From an uncultured Solirubrobacterales bacterium (GTDB lineage Bacteria > Actinomycetota > Thermoleophilia > Solirubrobacterales > 70-9): a stretch of 64,000 nucleotides of DNA. Positions within the stretch are counted from its first letter, which is position 1. Every line of letters starts with the position of its first letter. The position numbers and the translations under genes were made by a program. Shown here in pieces: positions 16,990-25,317 of the stretch. The stretch is taken from positions 220,969 to 284,968 of the forward strand of contig CAWGKW010000001.1 in assembly GCA_963823275.1 (NCBI GenBank). The letters run 5' to 3'. The notes beneath the pieces were generated by a model. The model made no database searches, was not told the DNA's origin, and was given only the letters and a program-made list of their open reading frames with translations.

Positions 16990-17908
16990 GAGAACGGAGT
17001 TGAGCGAACTGACTGAGGAAAGATTCAGCGAACCTGCGGACGCCGGTAAACCTGGAAAGGCCCCGTCGGACGAGCAAGCGATCGCCGTGCAGCCGGATCG
17101 ATTCCATGTGGCCGGCGACATCACCACGCTAGAGAAGGTCTTCGAGCTGCAGGACATCTCCGTCTCCTATGGCGAAGCGCCGGCGGTCCAAGACGTCTCG
17201 ATGGACGTCTTCAAGAACGAGGTGACCGCCCTGATCGGTCCCTCGGGTTGCGGCAAGAGCACGTTGATCCGTTGCTTGAACCGGATGAATGACCTGGTTC
17301 CCAGCGCCAGGGTCACCGGCAGGCTGCTCTACCACGGCGAGGACCTCTACGGCCCCAAGGTCGACCCGGTCCAGGTCCGCAAACTCATCGGCATGGTCTT
17401 CCAGAAGCCCAACCCGTTCCCGAAGTCGATCTACGACAACATCGCCTTCGGCCCCAGGGTGCTCGGCATGAAGGGCGACATGGACGAGATCGTCGAGAAG
17501 GCTCTCCGCAGCGCGGCGCTCTGGGACGAGGCGAAGGATCGGCTGGACTCGAACGCGTTCGGCATGTCGGGCGGGCAACAGCAGCGACTCTGCATTGCGC
17601 GCTGCATCGCCGTCGAGCCCGACGTGATCCTGATGGACGAGCCCTGCTCTGCGTTGGACCCGATCTCGACCGGCAAGATCGAGGATCTGATGATGGAGCT
17701 CAAGCGCGACTTCTCGATCGTGATCGTGACCCACAACATGCAGCAGGCGGCGCGCGTTTCCGATCGCACCGCGTTTCTGATGGTCGAGCTCGACTCGACC
17801 GAGCAGAATCGCTGGGGCCGCATCGTCGAGTACGACGCAACGCAGAAGATCTTCACCAATCCGTCGGATCCTCGAACCGAGGACTACGTAAGCGGAAAGG
17901 TGGGCTAG
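16973..17908 (+). CDS. pstB: phosphate ABC transporter ATP-binding protein PstB
   Basis: [34 protein letters not shown] and TGKIEDL are typical PstB blocks. The N-terminal extension may be spurious (alternative GTG 17108). Confidence 0.9.
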   Translation: MNNVGRRTELSELTEERFSEPADAGKPGKAPSDEQAIAVQPDRFHVAGDITTLEKVFELQDISVSYGEAPAVQDVSMDVFKNEVTALIGPSGCGKSTLIRCLNRMNDLVPSARVTGRLLYHGEDLYGPKVDPVQVRKLIGMVFQKPNPFPKSIYDNIAFGPRVLGMKGDMDEIVEKALRSAALWDEAKDRLDSNAFGMSGGQQQRLCIARCIAVEPDVILMDEPCSALDPISTGKIEDLMMELKRDFSIVIVTHNMQQAARVSDRTAFLMVELDSTEQNRWGRIVEYDATQKIFTNPSDPRTEDYVSGKVG

Positions 17909-17911
17909 TAG

Positions 17912-18607
17912 ATGGCCCAGACCCGACATCAGTATCAGGCGGAACTCGATTCGCTCGAGCGGCTCGCGCTCGGGGGTATCGACCTCGTGGTCGAGACGCT
18001 CGCCCGAACGATCGAGGCGCTCGAGCACAGCGACATCGAACTGGCGCAGTTAGTGATGGCCGACGACGATCGGATTGACGGCCGCTACCTCGAGGTCCAT
18101 CAATCGATCCTCACCCTGCTCGCGACGCAGGGTCCGGTGGCCGGGGATCTTCGACTGATCGCCGCGCTCCTGCACCTGATCAAGTCGGTCGAGCGCATGG
18201 GGGATCAGTGCGTGAACATCGCAAAGCTGATTCCGCTGACCGGCCACGAGCCTCCTACCGACGCGCGCATGCTTCGCAATGTGGGGACCATGGGCAAGCA
18301 GGTCAAGGCGTTGCTGAACCAGTCCAAGGAGGCATTCGCCACTCGTGATGTCGAACTCGCTCGCGATCTCGTTCGCGGCGACGACATCGTCGACAACCTG
18401 AACCGCGATTGCTTTCGCCTTGCGATCGAGATCGGCGATGAAGTGGACAGGCGCGAGTGGGGAATGACGATGCTGCTGGCCGCTCGGGCGCTGGAGCGGA
18501 TGGGTGACAACGCGGTCGACATCGGCGAGCAGGCAGTGTTCGTCGTCACCGGGCTGTTCGAGGAGTTCGAGGACGCCTCACACCCGGAGGCGACGGCGGC
18601 CCACTAG
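17912..18607 (+). CDS. phoU: phosphate signalling complex protein PhoU
   Basis: 231 aa, two PhoU repeats with ERMGDQCVNIAK and ERMGDNAVDIGE motifs. Directly follows pstB. Confidence 0.9.
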   Translation: MAQTRHQYQAELDSLERLALGGIDLVVETLARTIEALEHSDIELAQLVMADDDRIDGRYLEVHQSILTLLATQGPVAGDLRLIAALLHLIKSVERMGDQCVNIAKLIPLTGHEPPTDARMLRNVGTMGKQVKALLNQSKEAFATRDVELARDLVRGDDIVDNLNRDCFRLAIEIGDEVDRREWGMTMLLAARALERMGDNAVDIGEQAVFVVTGLFEEFEDASHPEATAAH

Positions 18608-18614
18608 CGGCCGG

Positions 18615-19250
18615 ATGTCGAGAACCGGCCGACTCGCCTTCGGCGCAAAGCCGCCGCAAGCTCAGATGTTCGGTCTGCTGCGCAGCGGGGGCCATAATCT
18701 CGCGAACGCGGCGACCGTCCTCGATGAACTGCTGCGAACCTGGCCGGAGGATCGCGGGCTCAGGGCTGAGATCACCCGCCTTGAGCACGAGGGCGATCGC
18801 CTGACCCACAAGATCGTCAAGCAGCTGCGCGACAGCAGGCTCGGCCCCTTCGACCGTGAGGACATCCACAGTCTCGCCGGGGCCATCGACGATGTCGTCG
18901 ACGACATCGAGGAGGTCTCCGAGCAGCTCGTGATCAAGCACGTGGAGGCGCCGATGTCGCAGGCTCAGCAGCTTGCCGGGGTGCTCAGAGACAGCTCCCG
19001 CGCCCTTTCAGGCGCTCTCGATTCGCTCGAGACCCTGGACGGCGTCGACGAGCGGCTGGCGGAGATCCGCGAGCTCGAGCAGGAGGGCGACCGGATCTAC
19101 CGGGGCGCCCTCGCCTCACTCTTCGACGGGGCGATCGACCCGATGTTCGTGCTCCGCTGGAAGGACATCTACGCGGCGCTCGAGGAGGGCATCGATCGCT
19201 GCCGGACCGCCGGCCACAGCGTCGAGAGCATCGTCGTCAAGCACTCGTAG
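18615..19250 (+). CDS. DUF47 family (PhoU-like, Pit-accessory type) protein
   Basis: In-frame ATG 18615 gives MSRTGRLAFGAKPPQAQMFGLL...EHEGDRLTHKI...EQEGDRIYR, the paired E..GD helices typical of DUF47. Confidence 0.75.
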   Translation: MSRTGRLAFGAKPPQAQMFGLLRSGGHNLANAATVLDELLRTWPEDRGLRAEITRLEHEGDRLTHKIVKQLRDSRLGPFDREDIHSLAGAIDDVVDDIEEVSEQLVIKHVEAPMSQAQQLAGVLRDSSRALSGALDSLETLDGVDERLAEIRELEQEGDRIYRGALASLFDGAIDPMFVLRWKDIYAALEEGIDRCRTAGHSVESIVVKHS

Positions 19251-20216
19251 GCGAGAGCTCGTCTGAGCGCTCGCCATGACCGAGCAGCGACTCGCGAGCG
19301 CATCCCGCAAGCTCGTCGGGAGCCGCACGGGGAGGGTGGATCTCGAGCAGCATCGGCGCGGCGTGATCGCGCAGCAGAGCGGCCAGCTGGAACCAGTTGA
19401 TCGATCCTTCACCGGGAGCGAGGTGGAGGTCGAGCCGAAGCGGATCGAGGTCGGGACGCTGATCGGCCGGCCGCCAGCGGGCACCTAGGTTGTCGTGCAC
19501 GTGGAAGAGGCTGACCATGTCGAGCACCGGCGCGACCATCCGGTGCAGGGAGGTCCGGCGGAGGCCGGCGATCACGTTGGCGTGACCGATATCGAGACAG
19601 AGCGCGACGGCGGGCGAGGCGAGGCGGCGGGCCAGGGCGCGAACGGCGAGCGGGTTCGCCGAGACCGTCTCCGGCCCTGGGTAGACGGGGGCGAGGTTCT
19701 CGAGCGCGAGGATCACGCCGACCCGCTCGGCCGTGCGGGCGAGCACCGACAGTGACCGCGTCTCGGCAGCAGCCGATCCTGAGTTGCGCGGCCGTCAACC
19801 AGCATCTGGGCGTGGTAGACGACCTGTTCGGCCCCGCACTCGGCGGCGTAGGAGAGCGCTCCCGCCAGGGCCCGGTCCGCCGCTCGGCTCGCCGGCGAGC
19901 AGGTCTCCCGGCGCATGGACGACCGATCGAAGGTCGGTCGCCTCCAGCGCCCGGCGACGGCTCGCGCGTGGCGGATGCAGCTCCGGGTGTCGGAGAGGAC
20001 CGAGACGGGCGGCGCGGGAAGCTGAACGAACCGGAATCCCGATGCCTCGATCTCCTCGAGCATCGTTCGCGTCGGCCACCACTCGTACGGAATGTTGAGG
20101 CCGAGCCGATCCCTGGGAGCAACTACTTGATTCATCGTCGTGAGGATCGTCGTCGCGGCGACCGGTTCTGTGAAGAGCGGGTGAATCTCCGGTGAAAAGC
20201 CTGCTATCGGCGGCAA
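19237..20216 (-). pseudogene. sugar phosphate isomerase/epimerase (xylose-isomerase-like TIM barrel), frameshifted
   Basis: ORFs 19713..20216 and 19237..19746 together make one TIM-barrel protein (...AAECGAEQVVYHA | ...SLSVLARTAERVGVILALENL...DIGHAN...HVHDN). The frames break near 19760-19800. Confidence 0.6.
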
Positions 20217-20365
20217 TCCGAGGGGCGTTCACGTCGCTTAACCACTTCCGCCGTCGATCGATGCAAGATGGTCATGTGTCGTCCGTCGTTCTGCTCAACA
20301 AACGCGGTCGTGGGCGCGTCCCGCGTGCCGTCCGCTCCTCCTCTGACAAGATCAAACGAAGGCCA

Positions 20366-21268
20366 ATGCTCTGCGCGGCGATCGACATCGGGTCCAACAC
20401 CACACGCGTTCTGGTTGCCGAACCGGAGGAGGGCCAGCTCCTCAAGGTCATGGAGCAACGGGCCTACACGCGAATCGGCAAGGACGTGACCCGTGGCGGT
20501 GGCGAGATCTCCGGCGAGAAGCTGGATGAGGTCATTGACGTGGTCGTGACCCAGGTTCGACTTGCTCAGGAGCTTGGGGCGGCGCAGATCAGGATCGTCG
20601 CCACGGCGGCGATCCGCAATGCGGCCAATGCAAAGTCCGTTACCGCTGAGATCGCGCGCGCCGCGGGGATGGCGGTGGAGGTGCTGAGCGATCATGAGGA
20701 GGGACGGCTCTCCTTCCTCGGCGCGACCAAGGCTCTTGGCCACCCGGTGGAGGGTGAGATCGCGGTCGTCGACGTCGGCGGCGGTTCCTCGGAGGTGTCG
20801 CTCGGGACGATCGCCGAGGGTGTCCGCGAGGTGCATTCGTTTCCGATCGGCTCCGGCGTGCTCGCCGAGGAGCTGATCAAGGGCGACCCTCCGGGCCCGG
20901 GAGAGATCCGGCGCCTGCGCGAGCGGATCGAGGACTTCTTCGAGGGCGTCGAGCTGGACCACCCAGATCAGGCGGTGGCCGTGGGGGGAAGCGCGACCTC
21001 GATGCGCCGCCTCGTCGGGGCGGTGCTCGAGTACGAGACTCTGGAGCGCGGGGTGAGGGTGCTGACCAGCGACCCCGCGGCGGAGGTGGCCAAGCGGTTC
21101 GAGCTCGATCCCCGACGGGTCGAGGTCCTGGCCTCGGGGGTGCTGCTGTTGGAGCAGTTCTCGCAGCTGCTCGGACAGCCGCTGCAGATCGGCAAGGGTG
21201 GGCTTCGAGAGGGCGTGATCCTCGAGATGCTCAACGAGGGAAACGGCGAATCCGTTCAAGCTGCGTAG
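20366..21268 (+). CDS. ppx: Ppx/GppA family exopolyphosphatase (N-terminal actin-like fold only)
   Basis: MLCAAIDIGSNTTRVLVAE start with GAAGG SD 5 nt upstream, and a VDVGGGSSE block. Confidence 0.85.
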   Translation: MLCAAIDIGSNTTRVLVAEPEEGQLLKVMEQRAYTRIGKDVTRGGGEISGEKLDEVIDVVVTQVRLAQELGAAQIRIVATAAIRNAANAKSVTAEIARAAGMAVEVLSDHEEGRLSFLGATKALGHPVEGEIAVVDVGGGSSEVSLGTIAEGVREVHSFPIGSGVLAEELIKGDPPGPGEIRRLRERIEDFFEGVELDHPDQAVAVGGSATSMRRLVGAVLEYETLERGVRVLTSDPAAEVAKRFELDPRRVEVLASGVLLLEQFSQLLGQPLQIGKGGLREGVILEMLNEGNGESVQAA

Positions 21269-21323
21269 GTGGGTGCGCGACTGGGCCGGTCCGGGGCTTA
21301 GCCGCCTGGATGGTTGGTGACCC

Positions 21324-21842
21324 ATGGCCAAGGCACGTGAGATCCCCGGCCTGAGCGCCGAGCTTCCCTATGGAGAGGCGGCGGCGAGAGTCGTTGAGGT
21401 TCGCACCGCCGAGCTGATGGATCACTCAGCAGGGGTACTCGACGTTGGCGACATCGAGCGGGTTCACGACATGCGGGTCGCGACCCGCCGACTGCGAGCG
21501 GCCATCGAGGTCTTCCGGCCGTGCTTCCCCGCAGGGCTGCGGAAGAGCACTCTGGCCGAGGTCAAGGAGCTGGCGGACGCGCTCGGCGAGCGTCGGGACC
21601 GGGACGTCGCGATCGACGTTCTTCGTTCGTTTTCGGCTTCGATGCCGCAACCTGATCGGCCCGGAATCCGGTCGCTCGTCGGGGAGCTCCAGATCGAACA
21701 GCGGGATGCGAACGAGGGTCTGGTCGTACACGTCGAGGCGGCCCGCCTCGATCGGCTCCGAGAGAGTTTGGTTGAGCTCGCCGCCGGCGCGCGGGCCTCG
21801 GCCGTAGATTCCGAATCCGCTCCTCTCGAGGCGGCCGAATGA
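21324..21842 (+). CDS. CHAD domain protein (first half-like)
   Basis: VHDMRVATRRLRAAIEVF and LGERRDRDV motifs of the CHAD domain. Confidence 0.8.
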   Translation: MAKAREIPGLSAELPYGEAAARVVEVRTAELMDHSAGVLDVGDIERVHDMRVATRRLRAAIEVFRPCFPAGLRKSTLAEVKELADALGERRDRDVAIDVLRSFSASMPQPDRPGIRSLVGELQIEQRDANEGLVVHVEAARLDRLRESLVELAAGARASAVDSESAPLEAAE

Positions 21843-22534
21843 AGGCTCACAAGATCAAGAAGCTCAACCCATCGGGAGGTCTCGCGGAGAACGCGGCCCG
21901 GATCGTTCTGGTCCGCGTCGAGGAGTTGCGCTCCTTCGCGCCGAAGGCGCTGAACCCCGACGAGTCCGTGGCCCAGCACAACATGCGGATCGCCGCCAAG
22001 CGGCTTCGTTACGTCCTTGAGGCAACCGGGTTCTGCTTCGGCCGCCCGGCATCGACGGCCCGCCGCCGGGCAAAGGAACTCCAGGATCTGCTCGGAGAGA
22101 TCCATGATGCCGACGAGATGTTTCCCCGCATCGAGCGCCACCGTGAATTGCTGCAGATGGAGGACGCCCACTCGGTCAGGGCGCGGGCGGGGAACGCGGA
22201 GGATCTCGATCCGAAGCTTGTTGCGCGAGCCCCGCACAGGACCGCCTATCGGGGCCTCGACGTCCTCGAGGTCTACATGCGCGCCCGACGCGCGCTGTTG
22301 TTCGAACGGTTCTCCGAACGCTGGCGCGAGAGCGAGGAGCGGGGCGTCTGGCGTCTCCTCACGCGTGCCGCCGATGCCGAGATCGCCCGCGCTGCAGAAG
22401 CGCGCCAGGCAGCCGACCGCGCCGAGCGAGCGCGTGACGCTCTGGCCGAAGCCGAGCGCGAGCGCCTTGCGGCCGCCGAGCGGGCGTCGCGGGCAGCCGC
22501 CGAGCTCGCCGAGGCGGAGGCCGACGTCGGTTAG
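21839..22534 (+). CDS. CHAD domain protein (second half-like) with A/E/R-rich coiled tail
   Basis: QHNMRIAAKRLRYVLEA and LGEIHDAD motifs. ATGA overlap with the preceding CHAD ORF. Confidence 0.8.
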   Translation: MKAHKIKKLNPSGGLAENAARIVLVRVEELRSFAPKALNPDESVAQHNMRIAAKRLRYVLEATGFCFGRPASTARRRAKELQDLLGEIHDADEMFPRIERHRELLQMEDAHSVRARAGNAEDLDPKLVARAPHRTAYRGLDVLEVYMRARRALLFERFSERWRESEERGVWRLLTRAADAEIARAAEARQAADRAERARDALAEAERERLAAAERASRAAAELAEAEADVG

Positions 22535-22558
22535 ATCCAGGCCGCGGATTCCACGAGT

Positions 22559-22641
22559 GGGGGGTGGAGCGGCAGAGGCCCCGCCTCCGCACTCGCTGCG
22601 CTCGCGCTGAGTGTCGGCGGGACCCCCACCGCTCCGCCCCC
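22559..22641 (+). repeat. family-1 intergenic palindromic repeat, copy 2 (83 nt)
   Basis: GGGGGGTGGAGCGG...CCGCCTCCGCACTCGCTGCGCTCGCGCTGAGTGTCGGCG...CCGCTCCGCCCCC. Starts 25 nt after the CHAD stop. Confidence 0.85.
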
Positions 22642-22702
22642 GAGGCATCGCCCGTCGGACGGGAGCTCCAGGAGCGCGGACCCTGAAGTTTGGTCGGGAG
22701 GA

Positions 22703-22755
22703 GGGGGGTCGGTCGTGTCATTGCTACCCCTGAGGGGACACGATCGCACGACCGA
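22703..22755 (+). repeat. family-2 hairpin repeat, copy C
   Basis: GGGGGG-TCGGTCGTGTCAT-tgcta-CCCC-tga-GGGG-acacg-ATCGCACGACCGA. Near-identical to 33748-33796. Confidence 0.85.
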
Positions 22756-22876
22756 TTGATGAGGTCCCACTCAACGATGGCGGTCGCGCGAGCAGGGTGC
22801 GTCCTCGTGGGATGCCATCCGCGGGTGGCGTTACAGGCCCTGCGGTCGGCGGCTTCCGGGCTTCACGGCTCCAGGC

Positions 22877-22893
22877 TTCACGAGCATTTAACG
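22877..22893 (+). promoter_or_regulatory. PHO-box-like direct repeats TTCACG-N5-TTAACG
   Basis: Two hexamers at 11-bp phasing, 84 nt upstream of the PHP-GT start (22977). Confidence 0.4.
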
Positions 22894-22976
22894 GCGTGAT
22901 TGCAGGTGAGTAACTCCAGATCGGCCTGCCGTGGCCATGCTCCTGATGAATCAATGAAACGAGAGAGGGAGCATCG

Positions 22977-25313
22977 ATGACCCCCCAACAGACGACCATC
23001 ACCGCCAGCAGTGCCGACCTGCACTGCCACTCGACCGCCTCGCAGATCTCCAGGCTCGGCGTGCAGAGAAGCGCCGGGTTGCCCGAGTGCGCGACCCCAC
23101 CGCAGGAGGTCTACGACCTGGCCAAGCGGCGCGGCATGGATTTCGTGACTATCACCGATCACGACACGATCGACGGTGTCCTCGAGATCGCCGACCTTCC
23201 CGACGTCTTCATCTCGGAGGAGGTGACCGTCTCCTTCACCGGCGAGCCGCAGGCCGTGCACGTGCTCTGCTTCGGAATCACCCCCGACGATCACGAATGG
23301 CTTCAGGCTCATTCGGGCAGCGTCGAGGAATGCGCCGAGTACCTGCGTGGCAACGAGATCGCATGCGCGCTCGCCCATCCCTTCTACGCGGTGGCCGCAC
23401 CGCTGATGAGCCGTCACCGGCGACGGCTCGCCGAGCTGTTCGGGACCTGGGAGACCCGCAACGGCTCGCGGGCCCCGGAGCTCAATCGTCCCGCTGCGAT
23501 CTTCGCCGACACCCAGGGGCTGGCAGGGATCGGCGGCTCCGACGACCATGCCGGGATCGACATCGGCCGGACGTTCACCCGGACGCTCCGGGCGGCGAGC
23601 CCCGACGAGTTCCTCCGGCTGTTCCGATCGGGGGCGGTGGAGCCGGGCGGTCAGCAGGGAAGCGCGGCGAAATGGGCGCACGCCGCGATCGCGATTGCCT
23701 CCCGGACGCTGCTTACACACTCCGGCGAGCGCCATCCACCGTCGCCGGCCGCGGTCCTCCGTCTGGTCGAGCGGGTCGTCGGCCAGGGCCGCGAGCGCTC
23801 AGGCGCCGAAACCGGAGACTTCACTCCCGACGACGCCCGCGCTCTGCTCTCCGCCTGGATCGAGGCGGTCGGGCTGGAGAGCGGCCCGGAGCTGATCGAT
23901 CTGATGCAGGAGAAGGACTTCTGTCATCGCGACCTGTTTCGGCGGGCGCGTGCCGTTCACGACTCGAGATTGCACGTCGCCGCCGCGACCGCCACCGAGG
24001 AGATCGCATCCAAGGGCAGCGCGGTGGGAACGCTCCCCGCCCTCTTCGACGCGTGTATCCCCGTGATCCCCTACGTCCCGGCCATCGCATTCCTGGCGGG
24101 GGAGCGATCACGGCTCGATCAGATCGACGGGAGATCTCCAAGGGTCGCGCTCGTCGTCGATGCGATCGGCGCTCCGCACGGCGTCTCCCACACCGTCGAG
24201 CGGATCCGCGAGCTGGCGGTTCCCGGGTTCGAGGTCGAGGTGGTCGGCACCGACCCCCAGGTGGACCGCCGCCTGCCGGCCGTCGCCGAGGTCGAAATGC
24301 CCTACTACGAGGGTATGGAGGTGGGGATCCCCTCCCTTCCGAGCCTGATCGAGACACTGGCCGACGGGGATTACGACCTGATCCACGTCGCCACGCCGGG
24401 ACCCGCCGGCGCCGCCGCCGCCCTCACGGCCCGTATCGCCGGCATCCCGCTGGTCGCCAGCCATCACACCGAGTTCGTGGACTACGCGCGACTGCGAACC
24501 GGCAACGAGGGGCTGGCGGCGTCAATGGGACTGGCGATGAGCATGCTCTACCGGGAGTGCGAGATCGTGCTCTCACCGAGTGCATCGGCCGACTCCTCCC
24601 TGGAGCGGCTGGGTGTCCCTCCGGGGCAGGTGGCGCGCTGGATCCGCGGAGTCGACACCTCCCGGTTCGCGCCCGAGAACCGAGAGCGCTCCCTGGCGCC
24701 TCGCACCTTCGACGTCCTCTACGCGGGTCGGCAGACGCGAGAGAAGGGGATCGAGCTGCTCGCCGATTCATTCGAGATCGCCCGACGCCACGAGCCGCGT
24801 CTCCGCCTGGTCCTCGCCGGGGACGGGCCGGAGAGCGGGTATCTGCGTGAGCGCCTCGGTGCGAGCGCCGAGTTCCTGGGCTGGCTGAGTGGCGACGAAC
24901 TCGCCCGCGCCTACGCTGACGCCGACGCGTTCGTGTTCCCCTCTCAGACCGACACCTACGGGCAGGTGGTCGTCGAGGCTCAGGCCAGCGGGGTGCCGGT
25001 CGTCGCGGTGGCTGCGGGCGGCCCGGCCGACCTGATCGAACACGGGCGGAGCGGGTTGCTCTCTGAACCCGACCCTGCCGAGGTGGCCGCCAAGCTCGTG
25101 CGGCTCTCGGAGAACCGCGCCCTGCGCGCCCGGTTGGCCGGGGGCGGGATCGCCGCCGCCAGGGAGCGAACCTGGAAGCGCTCGCTGGCGCAGCTCGCCG
25201 ACGGGTACACGATCGCGCTCGGGCGCCGGGCCGCAGCGCACGCCGCGATCGGGGCCGGCGATTCAGGTCGGGCGGCGGGCCCGCGCCCGAAGCGGCTCGC
25301 GCTCTACAGTTGA
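22977..25313 (+). CDS. PHP-domain phosphoesterase fused to a GT4-type (GT-B) glycosyltransferase
   Basis: The N-terminus has DLHCHSTAS, FVTITDHDTIDG and GGSDDHAG (PHP). The C-terminus has the GT4 pattern (RVALVVDA..., IHVATPGP, LYAGRQTREKG, FVFPSQTDTYGQVVVEAQASGVPVV). SD GAGGGAG is upstream. Confidence 0.85.
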   Translation: MTPQQTTITASSADLHCHSTASQISRLGVQRSAGLPECATPPQEVYDLAKRRGMDFVTITDHDTIDGVLEIADLPDVFISEEVTVSFTGEPQAVHVLCFGITPDDHEWLQAHSGSVEECAEYLRGNEIACALAHPFYAVAAPLMSRHRRRLAELFGTWETRNGSRAPELNRPAAIFADTQGLAGIGGSDDHAGIDIGRTFTRTLRAASPDEFLRLFRSGAVEPGGQQGSAAKWAHAAIAIASRTLLTHSGERHPPSPAAVLRLVERVVGQGRERSGAETGDFTPDDARALLSAWIEAVGLESGPELIDLMQEKDFCHRDLFRRARAVHDSRLHVAAATATEEIASKGSAVGTLPALFDACIPVIPYVPAIAFLAGERSRLDQIDGRSPRVALVVDAIGAPHGVSHTVERIRELAVPGFEVEVVGTDPQVDRRLPAVAEVEMPYYEGMEVGIPSLPSLIETLADGDYDLIHVATPGPAGAAAALTARIAGIPLVASHHTEFVDYARLRTGNEGLAASMGLAMSMLYRECEIVLSPSASADSSLERLGVPPGQVARWIRGVDTSRFAPENRERSLAPRTFDVLYAGRQTREKGIELLADSFEIARRHEPRLRLVLAGDGPESGYLRERLGASAEFLGWLSGDELARAYADADAFVFPSQTDTYGQVVVEAQASGVPVVAVAAGGPADLIEHGRSGLLSEPDPAEVAAKLVRLSENRALRARLAGGGIAAARERTWKRSLAQLADGYTIALGRRAAAHAAIGAGDSGRAAGPRPKRLALYS

Positions 25314-25317
25314 GGGC

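Noticed and set aside
20228-20243. TTCACG-tcgc-TTAACC upstream of ppx as a further PHO box.
   Set aside because: The hexamers are 10 bp apart rather than 11, and there are only two degenerate units. That is too weak to call without binding data.
22755-22790. TTGATGAG after the family-2 hairpin resembles the CUGAUGAG box of hammerhead ribozymes.
   Set aside because: The first base is wrong and there is no GAAA/cleavage-site partner or appropriate stems nearby.
22690-22899. ORFs 22690..22899 and 33743..33994 share the peptide VIATP(E/G)GTRSHDR, suggesting a duplicated small protein.
   Set aside because: The shared peptide is simply the translation of the family-2 DNA hairpin. The flanking ORF sequence is unrelated and not protein-like.
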